A stretch of 63,578 nt of DNA, filler included, from Hyphochytrium catenoides (Eukaryota; Protista; Hyphochytriomycota), in NCBI GenBank assembly GCA_900088475.1. It is 9 parts of 9 records of this genome, joined end to end, with 100 filler letters (N's around TTAATTAATTAA, not from the genome) between each part and the next. Parts side by side here need not be neighbours in the genome. Positions count along the whole stretch, not along the records: positions 7,451 to 30,835 come from FLMG01000189.1; 8 more parts are not named here. One strand, 5' to 3'. Shown piece after piece: positions 13,023 through 26,026 of this stretch (its first letter is position 1; every line of letters starts with the position of its first letter). The position numbers and the translations under genes are program-made. The notes below the pieces were generated by a model. It saw only the letters and a program-made list of their open reading frames with translations, searched no databases and was not told the DNA's origin.

Positions 13023-13918
13023 TTCTCGACACTCTAGTATAACGCCGCCGTCTCGCCAATCAAGAGCCCGGCAGAGAGAACCTAAAATGAATTAAACACT
13101 GTCAACCAATGACGAGAGGAGAGGAGTGATCAGAGATAAGCCCAGACATCAGCAGACCCAGGCGAATAGACTCTTCTCTGAGCTCCAGCCTCCGGTTCGT
13201 CATTGGGAATCAAAGCTTCATCTGAACTCATCTGCAGCTTCAATCAGCGCCACCGGACAAAAAGCACACTTTTATGGGAAGAAAGGTTACCTCCTACCAA
13301 AAAGCGCTAATCTACTCGAGACTAGCGTACTTATTCGAGCTTTAACATAAGGTAACCTTAGAGGATGTCTGTAACCCGAGTAAACCTTTCGAGTTTATAA
13401 GTATAGTTTAATGCACTGTATATATCCTAGATGTAATCTGTGAATGAATCAGAGAGAGAGATATGGGAAAATTAAAAAACTCGGGTATCGTATCTGATGA
13501 GGTGGTAGAGATAATCAATAGCAGTGAACTAGATACTCGAGTACTTTAATAAGTCTTTGTGTAAACAAGGTGAAGACCTCCCCCAGGACAGGCTTGACTG
13601 TGGTTGATGGGAGGACCTTTGATCCTTTCTCCAGAGCGCGCCACCGCGCCAGACGCCACCACCACCGAAAGGGCAGACAAGGCGAAGGAAGGGAAAGACA
13701 GAGCGTCCGTGGACGGAGGCTGTCCTGCTAAAGGAGCCAGGACTAAAGCTTACAAGGAGAGAAAGATAGATAGGGCAAGGGATGATGAGCGGAAGACAGA
13801 CGGCAGAGGCCAGCAGGGAACAACCGCTGTTAACTATACAGCGAGGAGTCCATTGAGGAGCAGGAGACCGTGCCTTTGAGTCCGATCTACGTTGATGAGC
13901 GGGTCATGGAGCGGCCTA

Positions 13919-16900
13919 TCACTTCTTGACATAGAATAACATATAGCAGCTACGCTGGCTAGCTTCTGATAGCAGCTGCGCCTCTGACGTCTGTGGTAAA
14001 AAAAAACGTGCGAGAGGGCGGAACGGTAGAGTCAAGGCAACAGCATGAGGAGCAAGAGCGGGACGTGAGGATGAAAAAGGTGATGCAGACATTTCTTCCA
14101 CTTACCGATGAGACAAACGTGTCATCATATCGACACCAGCCGTCAGATGAAGACGAGCTATCCCGAACATCAGCCACATAGTGACCGGCGAAGGCATATG
14201 AGCCAAGATGATGAATAATGCTCTATGAAGCGGAGGTCAGCAAAAGAGTCGAAGGGAAAGCAAACGAGAAAGAGTGAGATCAGTCTGCGCTTGAGCTTAT
14301 CAGAATAAAGAAGCGAAAACCTGGACACCTAGAGAGGCGGCTCTAATGCTGCAAAGCGAAAGGAAGAGGAGAGGAGAAGGCAGAGCTTCAAACATCGACG
14401 GACGGAGAGAGCAAAGGCTGTTCAGGGGAGAGAGACAAGAGGTCTGCTGCGGTATACCTGCAGTTGGTACTTGTATCCTGTGTTCTGCGTCCACATTGAG
14501 TCCTAATAAAGAGACAGTGGCAAGTCAGCAACGCCTTGGACACTCCTAACGACTGTTTTACCGCTCCTTACCTGAGTCTTCTCGGTAACTATGACCGTGG
14601 TGGACACAGAGACGTGGAAGTAAAGGTAAAAAGAAGAAGACGAGTATGAGTGACACAGGTGGAAAGACCAGCAAGAGCGTGTTAACTGCGCGAAGCATAC
14701 CAAAGTGAGCAAACATGTAGGAGGACAGAGCTTTGTCGAGTAGAAAGAGGGAGAGGAGAGTGTGCCTATAAGAGGGGACGTGGCGAGCAACGTCAGAAGA
14801 GAGAGGAGGGTGCCCGATGTAAATGTGCTACCTTTGAACTCATCTAAGTCAAGCTCTGTGGGAAACTGAACCGGGATATGCAGCTTGGCGGTCTCTGTCT
14901 CTGATATCATCTGCAATAACGCACCAGAAAGACCGTCAATCATCAAATAAAAGGCGAACAGTTCTTCTCCCGCTGTTATCTCGTATGCCTATGTCTGAAT
15001 GCCCAGGATATCTTGAATCTATCTCCTCCATTTCCCTTGTCCCTTCGTGTCCTATCCCCTTTTATCTTTCGCTCTTTCCTCTTGGGTGCAGCATCATAGT
15101 GTACGACTTACATCAAAGCGCTTTAGATGCAGCACCAGCACTTGTGGAGCCACAGCAATCTCATAGGAAACCGTGGCACGGTTGTGCTTGCACTTTTCGC
15201 AGTTCAACTCCACCTCCTCAGCCTTGAGGTTCTACGAAACGCAGTTCACGGTGAACATTATAGGTTTTTGGAAGAGGAGGAGGCAGCTGAACAGACAAGT
15301 CAACGAACAGGCATTGAAGTGGAGACGCACGACGGAGAAAGCCAGAGAGTGCTAATGCCAGCACGGCAAAGACTCAAGCGAGAAAGTTACGGGCATAGTG
15401 GCTACAGTCGATTGTCAAAGGTAGTGAAGCACTCCGAACTAAATCCATATCGCGGGGGACTGAGAGAGCAGTGTGTAGACAAAGATTGATAAGCATAGAG
15501 AAAAGCCAATTGTGGCGCATTAGACGGTACAAAATGCCCTTGGTAGTAAGCCAATCTTGTGCCTCCTACATTTCTAAGCAGCTCCAGAGCCGACGTCCTG
15601 AGGTCCTCTGGGGATCCATTGCCTGTGTAGAGCTTCAGAGAGAAGTCATAGAAGTACTCCTTCTTCCTTCTTCGATAGTTGCAGTTTCCACAGCTAATAA
15701 CAGAGTCAACGACCGTCCGAAAGTACTTCTCAGTGAGGGAGCGAGGAGGAGAAGAGGAGGGGGTAGATAGGGAAGGATCGTCGCACTTCTTCCTCTTATC
15801 CTCAGGAGTAATAGTTAAAGCCTTCTTCGGTCTGAAGGCAAGCTCGGGAGTGTTGGTGGACCTTAGAAAGCGGGTGATAGTTGACATCTCTCTTTCTCTC
15901 ATCGGTCTCTTCTTCAGGGAGGACGAGGAGGGAGGGGGAAGAGCTGGAGCCGGAGAGACAAGAGAGTCTGACTCTGGATTAGTAGCAGGGGAAGGAGAGA
16001 CATTAGATGGAGGATCCTCCTTTGCGGGTGGGGTGAGGTCTGACTCTAGTTCTTGAATGAGGTCCACAAAGAACTCATGCGCATCCTCTTGATCATTGCT
16101 GCAAAAGCGAATATCCTACGGTGAGAAGAGGCGCGGGAGAAGCTGCCAAGGAAACAGAAAGACCAAGAGAGAGAGAGACAAGGAAACCAAAGCTTGAGAC
16201 TTTTCAAGTGAGGAGAGGCTATGGAGTACGATCAAATGAGGTGTCTTGCGGAGCAGAGAAATTAGAGAGTCCACAAGAAAGCATTCATCTAAGTGATGAG
16301 AGAGCGGAGGAACAGACCTTGCAAAACGACCAGAGCGCTCCGCAATAACTCCTTTCAAAGCTCTTGGATTCACTCTTGGCGCCTTTGCCGCTAGCTTATC
16401 AGCCACAGCGACGAGTTCCCTAAGAAGCCGTCCTGAAAAGGTGCCCACGGGCCTTTGAGACAGAGTAATCTCATATGACGCTTTACAAGGGGTTTGCTTT
16501 TACCTCTCGTCTTGTCCTTATCAATGGGCACCAGTTCAATGGCAGGTGTGAGAGTCCCTGCCGGATTATTCTCTTTTCCTGTCTCATCCTCAGCTGGAAT
16601 TCGATATAGTGGATCCTTATGGAGGTCAGCGATGAAAGGTCGAAGGGAAGCGATTGCCTGGAAGAAGAATTTAGATGGACAGGAGAGAAACAGGGGGCAA
16701 CAAACGTTTTCTTGTTACTTAGGCAAAGTGAGATAAAGATCGAGGAAGGCGCTGTAGCATAATGATTGGAAAGAGAGGGAGAGAGGCACGACGGTCAGCG
16801 TAGAGGAGCTGGGGACCTGCATCACTGCATTGAGATAGCAGTTATTGCCAAAGTTTATCAGGGTTCCCTGATGACCTCTTGAAGGGGACAGGGGCTGGGG

Positions 16901-18653
16901 GACTTGCATGGGCTGGAGGGGACTGGACAACCGGCTTTCCTCCTTTCTGCAAGTCCAAGTCAAAGAAGCAGACATCAAGGTAGTTAGAGCGTGATAAGGA
17001 GGCAAACAATGTAAGAGAAGAGGGGAAGGGATGGTTCTCTCAGGGAAGGCAATATAAATCAGGACATGGACATATAGCATTATGAGGAAGAGAGCAGTGG
17101 AAATTTCGTTTTGCACCAGAGGCGCCATAAGAGGAGAACGAAAGCGTGGGAACTATTAGAGGCCTCGAAAAGTACTCTTCAGGCTTTTGCAGGTTCAAGT
17201 GCTTGAGCCGTCTGAAGGGGAGGAAGACGTAGGAAGGGAGCCACACCTGGTGGACCTGGGAGGACTCTCAAAGGTAAACTCCACCTCTTCACCATCGGTT
17301 TGTGGCGCTGTGGTGACATTCATTGACTCCTTCTCCCTAACCTGCTTTCCAGGGCTGTGAAAGAAGGTTTCAAGTTTGACAGCAGGAGATAGTCGTCTCT
17401 TCTTCCTGAGGGCCATCAAGGCAGGAGAAGCCGAGGACGCGATGAAAGGAGGTTCCTTAGAGGAAGGAGTGCTGCCTTGGACAGGAGACGTTTGAGAGAC
17501 ACGAGGAGGGGTGATTTGAAGCGAAAAGGTCTTCTTCTCTGGTGTCTTTGGTTGGACTTCAGAGCCTCGTTCTCCTGATTGTTTGAATGGAGGGGACGTG
17601 CCCCTCGGTAGGAAGGCATAGGCAGAGAAAGGGCGTGAAGGACTCCTCCTTCCATAGGTCCGAACTGCCCTCCTTGGAGGAGATATTTGGAGCTTGAGAG
17701 GAGGTTTTGGGGACGCGGAGGATTGAGGAGAGACACGAAGGGCGGTAGGGGCAAGTGGCGCCGCTCTAGGAAGAGCAGGAAGTGATGGCGAGACAAATTT
17801 CTTTAGCATTTCCTCTATTTGCTCGTATTCTCCTTCTCTTGGACGGCAGTCGAATACTTTCTTGACTTCATTTTTGACGTAGGTAAGAGAGAGAGATTTC
17901 TTTTCTTCCGATACGGCCAAGCTTCCCCGCTTCGCCTGGGAGAAAACGATGGAGCGAAGAGCAATAGACAAAGAAAAGCCTTGTAAGTCCATCTAAAGTG
18001 TGAGACAAGAGGATTAGATTTTGTCCTTCAGAGCCCGCCAATGACTGGAGAGGTACAAGGCTTTGGACTGGACGAGTTGAGTGACCTCACAGTTGTCTGG
18101 GCGGCCGGCAGCGGCTATAGAAAGGGACCGCCAGGAAGAAAGGAGTAGATACTACCAGGAATCAAGAGGGGAGCTTTGCCCTTGTACCATGCGAGACACA
18201 GGGGAATGAAGATGATAGAACTTACGAAGAGAAAGTGTTTGAAGCCTGCGACCTCAAGAACCTCCATCCGAGCCAGCGAGTAATCTTTCCTTTCCTTAGC
18301 TCTCTCACTGGAGAAAATGACAGTGAGGCTGGGCTGTAGCGGTATCACCTCTTGCTTTCCATCCAAGATCTTCGNNNNNNNNNNNNNNNNNNNNNNNNNN
18401 NNNNNNNNNNNNNNNNNNNNNNNNNNNNNNNNNNNNNNNNNNNNNNNNNNNNNNNNNNNNNNNNNNNNNNAAGAAGAAGAAGAAGAAGAAGACCCAGGAA
18501 GCGTGAGAGCATGTCAAAATATAGACAAAAGAGGAAGGTCCTCTCTGTCAGGCTAGTCCTCATCAAAGAAGGCACAGTTATCTTGTCTAATGCTCTAAAG
18601 TTTACCTCGTGAACCGCCACAAGTTGGGATGAGGGAGCTTCCAAGCTCGCCAT
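13919..18653 (-). CDS. Ubiquitin-specific protease (peptidase C19), USP26/29/37-like architecture, multi-exon; 5' exons uncertain
   Basis: Cys box GTLINFGNNCYLNAVMQ (~16870-16817); QEDAHEFF (~16090); Zn ribbon CGNC and CEKC; VLVLHLKRF (~15130); VQFPTELDL; His box IIHHLGSYAFAGHYVADV...WCRYDD (~14220-14110); terminal YMLFY then TGA at 13919-13921. A long Ser/Pro-rich exon lies in ORF 17195-17992. The start ATG at 18653 is followed by a GTAAAC donor but is tentative. Confidence 0.88.
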
Positions 18654-20188
18654 ACTTTCTTCCTGAGCTCTTTCAAGCTTTCACCCTTTCCAGCCGCGGC
18701 CAGCAAACGGAGGGACCAGTGCCAAGAGATTGAGCTAGAATCAGAAAAAGCAGCAGACGAAGAAAGCGGTCTTAGCGTCCTCCTCTCGATATTCAGCCCG
18801 CAAGCTTTCCAGAGTCAGCAGACGCAGACAGAGCTCAGGCTGATTCCTTTGGACCTCTTAAGAGAGATCTTTAAAGACCACGGCGGCTGGCTAGTGCACT
18901 GCTCGAGGAGATGAAGGATGTGTACCATGAGGAGAGAAACGGACGACTNNNNNNNNNNNNNNNNNNNNNNNNNNNNNNNNNNNNNNNNNNNNNNNNNNNN
19001 NNNNNNNNNNNNNNNNNNNNNAGAGAAAAGAGTCACGCTGAGAAGTATGAAGGAAGATGTAGATGGGAGGAGCGAAAGTCAAAGAGAAAGAAAGACAGGG
19101 AGAGAAAGAGTAGAGAGAAACGGTGGAGACAGGGAGAGAGATAGGGAACAGACACAGACCCTGAGAGCGAAAGAGAAACAGAGAGATAGAAGGAGAAAGA
19201 AAAAAGAGACAGAGTAAGAGAAAAGGAGGGAGAAAGAGAGCAAGAGACAGAGAGACAGAGAGACAGAGCCCAGCGAGACAAAGAGAGAGAGAGATTGTGA
19301 AGCGGCAGTGGAGGATTCAAAGCCAGAAGACCAACCTCAAAAACGCGGGAACTTTCAAGTCTCCCCCTGGACTTTCCCACTTTATCCATAGATAATATAG
19401 AGACAGTAAGATTCTATATTTCTAAAGGCCACCGCCCATTATTTGTATTAGCATTGCCTTTATTACTAATAATGACCCTCGGTAGATCCTGCCCTTACCG
19501 GCTCACTGAGAGGGGAAGAGGATAGAAGAGGTTCTGATTCGTGGTCGGACGGTATAAGAACAGGAAAGGGAGAGAGAGACAGAGGAGGGAGAGACAGACA
19601 AGAGAGAGGCACACCAGTAGAGACATAGACGAAGAGACTGAAGAGACATCAAAGGGCAATAGACAGAGTAGGAGGAAAGAATGGAGAGAGAAAGGAGAAA
19701 CAGAGGCCGAGAGAGAGGGGACAGAGCGGGAAAGCGAGAGGGAGCGAGAGAGACAGAGAGAGAGAGACAGACAGAGAGAGAGAAAGAGAGAGACAGAGAG
19801 AGGGACAGAGAGAGAGAGAGAAAAGGGGACACAGAGAGAGAGGGAGAGAGAGAATGGTACAGTAGTATGGGGGTTTGGGGAGAAGAAGAGGACAAAGAGG
19901 GACTGACGGTATCAGTGTGAATGCAATGCTGAAGCAGGGATTCTGATCGCCGCCGCCTCATGCTCGGCCCAAGATAAGACTCTTGCTCCGCAGTGCTCAG
20001 TGCTCGCTCTGCTCAAGGTCATCAAGCGAGTGAGATGTGCGCTGGATGGCAGTGATAGGAGTCACTCTCTCTCCTCCTTCATCCATCGCAAGAGCAAGCC
20101 CGAGCAGTGGCACCTGCTCTTTCTGTCTTCTCTCTTCTCTCTCTCTTTCTCTCTTTCTCTCTCTCTCTCTGTCTCTCTCCCCTCCCTG

Positions 20189-20219
<31 letters not shown>

Positions 20220-20271
20220 TCTCTCTCTCTTATCAGTCAGCATTTGTTAGTCCCATTGCCGTTCTCTCACT

Positions 20272-22185
20272 ATGAACAAGGAGGTGGCAATGACAGTGCC
20301 TGGACAGAAAGCCTCCCGTCGGCGGTGGCGCTGCTACCGTCGAGAGTGTTTCGCGCTTCAGGAGAGACTGGAAAACCTTCTGGGGAGTGAGATCGCGGAT
20401 GAGGTGTTCCAGGGCATGGTATGAATGCATTGCAGATGTGCCTCTTTCTCTTTGTTCTCGGTCTCAATGGGCGTCGGCGCCTTTTCTGGTGTCTTCTCTT
20501 CTAAGGTAGGGTCGTGACTCTTCTTACCTCTCTCTTTCTGTCTCTTTCTATGGAAAGTATGTGAAGGGACGCGTGATCGGGGCGGGGACGCTATCTGAGG
20601 TCTATGAAGCTGTGGACAGAGTCACCAAGATGAAGGCACGAACTGCAAAGATTGAACGCCTGCTAGACTCTCCTGTTTTACCTTCTTTTCAAAGATAAAG
20701 TTTGCGGGCCTATACTCTGTCTTCTCTTCCTATGTGTCTCTTCTCCACGTCTGTCTCTCTCTGTTTCTCCCCTTTGTCTTTCTCCCTTACCCTTGACTCT
20801 CTTTGTCTCCTTTCCCCTCCTCACTCCCATCCCATTCGCTATACGTCTTTCCTCATCTGTCTTTCTTACACTTTCTGGTCTGTCTCTCCTCGCTCTCTGT
20901 CTCGAAAGGTCGCGCTTAAGCTGATTCCCAAGAAGAATCTCATCCTGGAGCGCTGCAGTGTCTCTTTCTCTCCCACCACAAAGTTGTCACCCCGTTCTTC
21001 AGAGCGCGCGGTGGTCAGAGTGAGGAGGAGGCTCGTCCGTCTGGCAGATGAGCTGGAGATTCTTCGCCAGCTCTCTCATCCTAACATTATTCCCTTCATA
21101 AGGGCGATCGAGACGCGCTCTTCCTTCTGCATCGTGACGGCGCTGGTCAGCGGCAGCACAGTGAGAGAGATGCTCTCAAATCTGAGACTGGTACGACGGC
21201 AAAATGTGCACTTTCTTTCTTTGTCCTTGCGCGTCGGCGCCTTGCCATCTTTTCTCTCTCCGTGTTCCTTAGTGACAGCTCTGGCTCTTTCTTCTATCGA
21301 TAGCTCTAAACACGCTATTCTTTTTTGCTCACTCACTCTCTCTCCCCATTCAGAACATAACAGAGGACCTCAGCCGGACCATCTTCCGCCAGTTGGCAAG
21401 CGCCGTCGCCTACCTTCACAAGCGAAGGATTTACCACTGGGATATCAAGCCTGAGAAGTAAGAAAGTGATACATAGTTCCTCGGCGAAGGCTATCTCCCT
21501 TTCTCCTGTCTCTCTCCTTTTTGGGCGAAGGCATCGCTACGTCTGTCCTATCGGTTCGAGAAGTTTGCCGGAGAATTCCTCAAACTGATTCTAGCCATCT
21601 AACGCTAGCCTTATGTGCACTCTCTTTCCCTTCAGTGTGCTCGTAGACCGACAGTGTCGAGTTTTTCTCATAGACTTTGGCTTTTCTGAGAGAGAGGGAC
21701 ACCGACACGAAGACGACCCAGCACGAGGGACAATCTTCTACTCTCCTCCAGAGCTTCTCTCTCGTCGACTCAGAGGGCCTAATGGGTTGGAAGGAGATAA
21801 GATAGATGTCTGGTCCTTAGGCATTGTTCTTTGTGAACTGCTGAGCCACCGAAGTCTCTGCGTTTATTCATACAAAAGCTCCTCGGATCTCAAAGACAAG
21901 ATCCTCAAAGGAAGCTATAGAGTTGCTCAAGGAGTAAGCGACGAAGGGAGACGTCTGATTGATAGAATGCTAAGAACCAGACCGGATGACAGAGCCACCG
22001 TAGAAGAAGTACTGCAGGATCCATGGCTGCAACATCAAGAGACCACGCAGAACGACGACTGGAAGGAGAACCAGAAGGGAGCTACCAATACTTGTGACGA
22101 GCAAGGGAGAGACAAGGGCAAGAGCATGCGAGAGCAGCTCTGCTCAGATCTCCAAATGGAGGAGGATCCTGCTGACTGCAGCTGA
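20272..22185 (+). CDS. Ser/Thr protein kinase (CAMK-group-like, non-RD), 5 exons: 20272-20418, 20558-20635, 20909-21190, 21354-21457, 21636-22185
   Basis: The spliced frame gives Gly-loop [27 protein letters not shown], catalytic [27 protein letters not shown] and [12 protein letters not shown]. Confidence 0.9.
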
Positions 22186-23296
22186 TATCCAGTCCTCTTC
22201 AGGCTCTGCTGAACCCGCATTAGCGGCGTAAATATGCGTGGGCAAGAGGATGTTGGCCGTGCCTTGTCAAGCCCCATTGAACCTGAGCGTTCCCTGGCCG
22301 TTCACCCTATCGCCAGGATCGCCCTCAGCTTTGTTCTATTAGTTACTCTCATCGCCAAGGTTTGGCCACACATCTTTCTCCCTCGCACCTAACTGATCTA
22401 GCTGATCACCTGTGCCATAAGGCTAATATAGACTCATTAACCCTGTTTGTCTCATAGCCTCTTTGTTTGCTTTGCACTTCATAAGGCGCTACGTTATCAT
22501 CTTACTTGATGGAAGGAGAGCTCCACTCCGCTTTCCCGAGACCTTACCGTTGCCTAGGGTGGACGTTGAATAGCGCTCCCAGATCATCATTGGGCTGGTT
22601 AGATACAGCTTATAATAGTGGATGGCTTTCAAAGTCCTTGGTGTCTTTCGCCGCTCCATTCGCATTGGCGGCCCGTGCGATGATAAAGATGTTGATGACT
22701 AGCATCCAAAAAAGGCCTGAGAGTATAGAGTAACGACGGTTGACCGTCCAAGATACCTCCCAGAGGTTAGCTCTGGTATCAACATACGGACAGATGATAG
22801 GGAGTTGACTAGTGGATCAGCTAGACTCGAGGTAGGTTAAAAGATATCGAGGGCGCGTCTCTATCGGACAGCATTCGAGGACTGGAACTGGCTCTTTATT
22901 GTAGGATTCACATACTCTACCTGCGAAAGGCCACGGAGCTCGGCCCTTACCTCGCTAACGCTATATCTGAGCCCACTTTTGACTTTTCGAACTTCCTACC
23001 TGACGGCTGATTGTCTCTTAAGGGTGAACCACCACCTCTACAGCTAGGAAATGAAGGGGCTAGCCTAGATCTTTTCCGTAGGAGAGACATCTCAAAGAAG
23101 AGGCACATTTTGCTATAATGCCCATTTGACTGTCTCCTCTCCGCTCCCTTTGCCGCTCACTTATCTGATTCCTGCTCCTTCCTTAGTTCCCGTGACAAAC
23201 TTGTGGGTTCTTCTCTCGCCTCCGCCCATGGCCCATGCCAATCAACGTCTCCCCTAGTGTCGCCCTGTAGGCTTGCCTGTGTATACTATGTATCTG

Positions 23297-25532
23297 CTAC
23301 ATCAGCGTAAGATCCCACTTGTTGATGCAAGCATCTGCTCCAGCAGAGACAAGGAGGTTCTCTGCCTCAAATACTAAGGCAGTTACCCCAGCCTTGTGTG
23401 TGAACTCTAGATGCTTCACCTTCTCCCCTTTTTCTACACTCCAGAGGTAGATTGACTCATCACTGGAACCGCTGGCAAGAAGAGAAGAAGAAGGAGCCCA
23501 AGCTAGAGAAGTAACTCGGGTAGTATGATACGTCCAAAGCCCTTGAATGATAGCGCCTCGGGTCCGTCTGTCCCATACGCAGACCTCTCTGTTGCTGTCC
23601 CCAGCAGCGAGCTTTGTGCCGTCTGGAGAGTAAGAGAGAGCAGATGGAGACCCACGATGGCCTGAAATCTCTGCTACCTCCTCCAGTGCGCCATTTGACT
23701 GTAGAGAGAAAACGTGAATCTTTTTATCTTCCTTTCCTCCTACAGCTACCTCATCTCCCTCGGGGGACATTGCGATGGAAGTTGGCGTCCACCGAAACTC
23801 CGGGGATTGGAAAACAACCTTTTCTCCCTTCAATACTGTCAGTCCTTTCGAATGAGCCACCACTGCTAAGTCTTGTCCGACTGCTGCCGCCACTGATGAA
23901 GGTTGGCCGGCAAGAGTGACTTCTCCCACGGAAGAGCCATCACCCGTACTTATTCTGGCCACATCATCCCATCCTACGGAGACAAACTTGCCATTACCGA
24001 AGGAAGAGACAGAGGTGACCTTGCCCTTGTGAGAGGCGACAGGTCTCGCAGTTTGCCCATTCCAGGCACAGATTAGTCCGTCATAGCTGCCAGACAGAAG
24101 AGTGCCAGTCGAGGCATCAAAGGAGAGACTTTCAATCGTTACTTGGTGGCCGTACACTATTCTCTTGGGTTTGGAAGTGTTAGACTTGTCCAGAAGGTTT
24201 AGATGCCCAGAGAGAGAAAGAGAGACAAGAACTCCTCCTGGACCCCAGACAATGCCGTTCTGCATGTCAGAGACTTGAGGAGAAGGGCTGATTGTGTATG
24301 TCACCACCAAAGTATCACTGGCCACATCCCACACTTTGACAGTCTTATCGCCTGAGGCAGTGGCGATCTGCCGGAAGAGGACGAAAATGACGGCGTAAGG
24401 TTGGAAAGAAGGAGGGTCGTTTGCACAGAAGGTAAAAGAGAGGAAAAATAGTCAAACGGAAGCCACCCAGCATTGCTATTCGTTAGCCAAAGACAAGCAG
24501 CAGACACCGTCAGTATATGGAACAGGGTTTCCAGGCAATAGATGCAAGAAGGGCGACCAGTTATACGTATAAGGCGGCGAGGTGAAGAGGTCGGAAACAC
24601 TAAGAGGAGGGCGGAGTGATAGCACCGTACGATGAAGGATAAATTTAAGATCCACATTCCGAAGGTTCTGACGAGAAGAAGAGAAGCCTTACCAGCTTGC
24701 TATCAGGGCTCCAGGAAACCGCATAGATAGACCCCGCGTGGCTCACAGAGAGCTCCTTTACCAATTCGCCCGACTTTCCATCATAGAGAATGGCCTTTCT
24801 GTCTGATCCCACACTAACAGCGAATTGTCCGTCAGGAGAGTAACGAATAGCGTTTACGAAGTTTGAGTGCTTGCCCAAGTGGCTGTGCTTGAACTTGAAA
24901 GGTGGGCCTTCGTAGAAGCATACATTCATATCTTCACTCGCCGTCATGATGCGGAACGGGCGACAAGGACGATAATCTACACTAATTATCCGCTTCTGAT
25001 GTCCAACAATCTCGCCCACAGAGTTCCCGGTATCCCACATAAAGACCTTGGCAAAGAGAGATCGACCGTCACCAACAGCGACAATCCTTTTGCTCTCGGG
25101 ATCCCAAGCTAGATCTTTGACCTCACCGCCAAAGACCACAGTTTCGAGCTTTAATGTGTGCTCAGGATTGTCATAGGACCAAACGCGCACTTTGCCACTA
25201 GCGTCTCCCGAAGCAATCCAGTAGCCATTCGGAGAAAAGCGAGCTACCGTGACGCGTTCATTATGTCCTCTGTAGACGAGAACGTCCTTTGGGTTCTCCA
25301 GATGGCGCACAATGACAACTTTGCCCGCGCCGTAGATGAGCTTAGGCTCTTTAGGGTGAAATCCGAGCTGAGTTGGCACACCTCTCTCAGTGCTAGGATT
25401 TGGCACGAAGGTTGACTAAAATGATGCGGTTAAAATGGCGCGGAGCTTCTCCTATAATTGCATTTCAACTGTGCTTACCACGAGGCATTTGTCCGGAGGA
25501 CGCTGTGTCTTATCCGTGCCTGCCGACGCCAT
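23297..25532 (-). CDS. WDR1: WD40-repeat actin-interacting protein 1 (WDR1/AIP1), 3 exons: 25532-25479, 25415-24693, 24367-23297
   Basis: AIP1-typical N-terminus PNPSTERG, SPNGYWIASGDASGKVRVW, RPFRIMTASED..FYEGPPFKF and multiple WD repeats. GT-AG introns keep the frame. Confidence 0.93.
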
Positions 25533-26026
25533 AGTGGGCCTCGAGATTCCTCTAGATCGGTATTCCCGGGCTTTGGTGAAGGATCTGGGTCTGTGGCCGC
25601 TGCTGAAGACTGCCTTATGAAGCCAAGGCTGGTCGGATAGCAGAGCTCTCTTGCATCGGCCGATGAAGCTTCCCAATGGCAGATCTCTGGCAGCGGCTCT
25701 GGCACCCGACCCGCATTTCTGGCAGATTGTGCAGATCTCAAGAGTAACGCATCTTTTCCGTTAGCGGTATACGGGGCCTCGGACCCTGGGTGTACGACGC
25801 CCTTCACAAAGTAAAGTGCCTACATTTAATTATGGAGTGTAAGACTAGGAGCCACTCACACCTCGGTGGGGGACGCCTCCCAAAGGGACTCTGTTCTAAA
25901 TAAAGCCAGGGATGGAAAGGCGTTGAGGAGAATAAATAGCGTTTATTACGAATATAGTCGCATGTTGTGGCAGCTGTGGTGCTTCTGATCTGACGCTTGG
26001 ATCAGAAACTTCAAGCGGTGGCATCA

